Shown here: one piece after another, positions 63,011 through 64,000 of the stretch
Position numbering within the stretch: position 1 is the stretch's first letter
How the letters are laid out: each line of letters starts with the position of its first letter
From: Utricularia gibba
Taxonomy: Eukaryota > Plantae > Magnoliophyta
Direction: 5' to 3'
Length of the DNA stretch: 64,000 nt
Assembly: GCA_002189035.1 (NCBI GenBank)
Contig: NEEC01000026.1
Coordinates: 248,001 to 312,000, forward strand
The notes under the pieces: generated by a model
The model's input: only the letters and a program-made list of their open reading frames with translations
Database searches by the model: none
Told to the model about the DNA's origin: nothing
Made by a program: the position numbers and the translations under genes

Positions 63011-63495
63011 TAATTCGGGGCTTCCCCCAAATTATATGCTCCTCCAAACCCAGGCCCCAGTGATAAGGGTAAGCCCTGGTATAACTCGGGCACCAGTTCC
63101 CCTAAACTGTTTGTGTTAGCCTCGAAAAGCCCTTAAGTACAAACCTTACTACCGAGTCTCGAGACGACATGAGCACCCGAAGCAAATCCGCCCATGATAT
63201 TACAACAATGAGAATTTGGCCAAAAGAGGGCCCATTTGGATTGGGGAAGTTGTTCAACCCATGAGAGGTTCTGATCTACTTCCCTAGCACCGGTTCAGCT
63301 CGCGTAAGGAAAGACTAAGGTAGATAAAGATCGAAAAGCCCAACCAAATGGTTGGCAAAGGGCACACAACCTCCAAGTCATGTGAGCCCACGTGAACCCT
63401 CTAAATCCAAGCCCCGCAATGGGTACACTAAACCGACTTAGGGCTCCCCCGAAATATGTGATATTGAAAATCCAAGCACTAATAACAAGGGTAAG

Positions 63496-64000
63496 TGATG
63501 AACGTTGGAATGGGTTGCTAAATGTCGTGGTTTAGCACATTCAATGCATCAAAAGAAATTTATAAACCGAGATATTATACTACACAAATCACAAGAAGTA
63601 ATGTAGCGTGGCAAGCAAGGGTCGAATCCACAGGGAATAGTTGCAATTTTCTGAAGTTTAACACATTTACTGGAAACAGGGGGGTTTTCTGGGATTTAAG
63701 TCTAATGCGGGTAAGACGTAAAATAACAGTTACTGGAATAAACGAGTTGTAGTGATGAAGAGGGACTGAAATTAACGTGAAGGTGCATAAAACATAAAAC
63801 AAAAGTAATTTGGCTGGGTTTTACACCAGAGTCTAGCTTCTGTGTCACTCAAGAGAGCCCTTAGGTTTAAACCCAGCTTGGAATGCTTGAAAACAGAGTA
63901 ATAGTTTGCAGAAACAGAGCATGGTTCGCATGAACAGTGAAAGCGCGTTAAACTTAAAGGCATACATGGAAAGCTTAAACAGAAACATGTTTATAAACTA
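63496..64000 (-). mobile_element. Athila-like LTR 3' end, running off the window
   Basis: Starts TGATGAAC on +. Contains aaatttataa and gggtcgaatccacaggg, the reverse complement of the LTR 3' motif seen in the other copies. Confidence 0.6.

Overview
Plant (eudicot) nuclear genomic DNA. A compact island of five conserved genes lies at about 23.7-41.1 kb: xanthine dehydrogenase (14 exons), an At2g26850-type F-box gene, a CIPK3/26-type kinase (14 exons), an intronless OSCA4.1/CSC1-like channel and a type-1 protein phosphatase. One NAD(P)-dependent DFR/vestitone-reductase-like SDR gene stands alone at 9.7-10.9 kb. The rest is decayed transposable elements: many Ty3/gypsy solo LTRs (several with intact 5-bp TSDs), a ~2.5-kb duplication upstream of the SDR gene, a three-level nested Athila complex (43.9-52.2 kb), Tekay and Tat/Ogre fragments, and a structurally complete 5.67-kb Mutator-like element. 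That element has an 11-bp TSD and palindromic subterminal arrays, and carries a decayed transposase plus a convergent Plant Mobile Domain (MAIN/MAIL-like) gene. Six -1 frameshifts in three host genes all fall at 3-base G/C runs that need 4 bases, which points to consensus errors rather than pseudogenes. No rRNA, tRNA or CRISPR array was seen. All coordinates were read by eye and no database searches were run.
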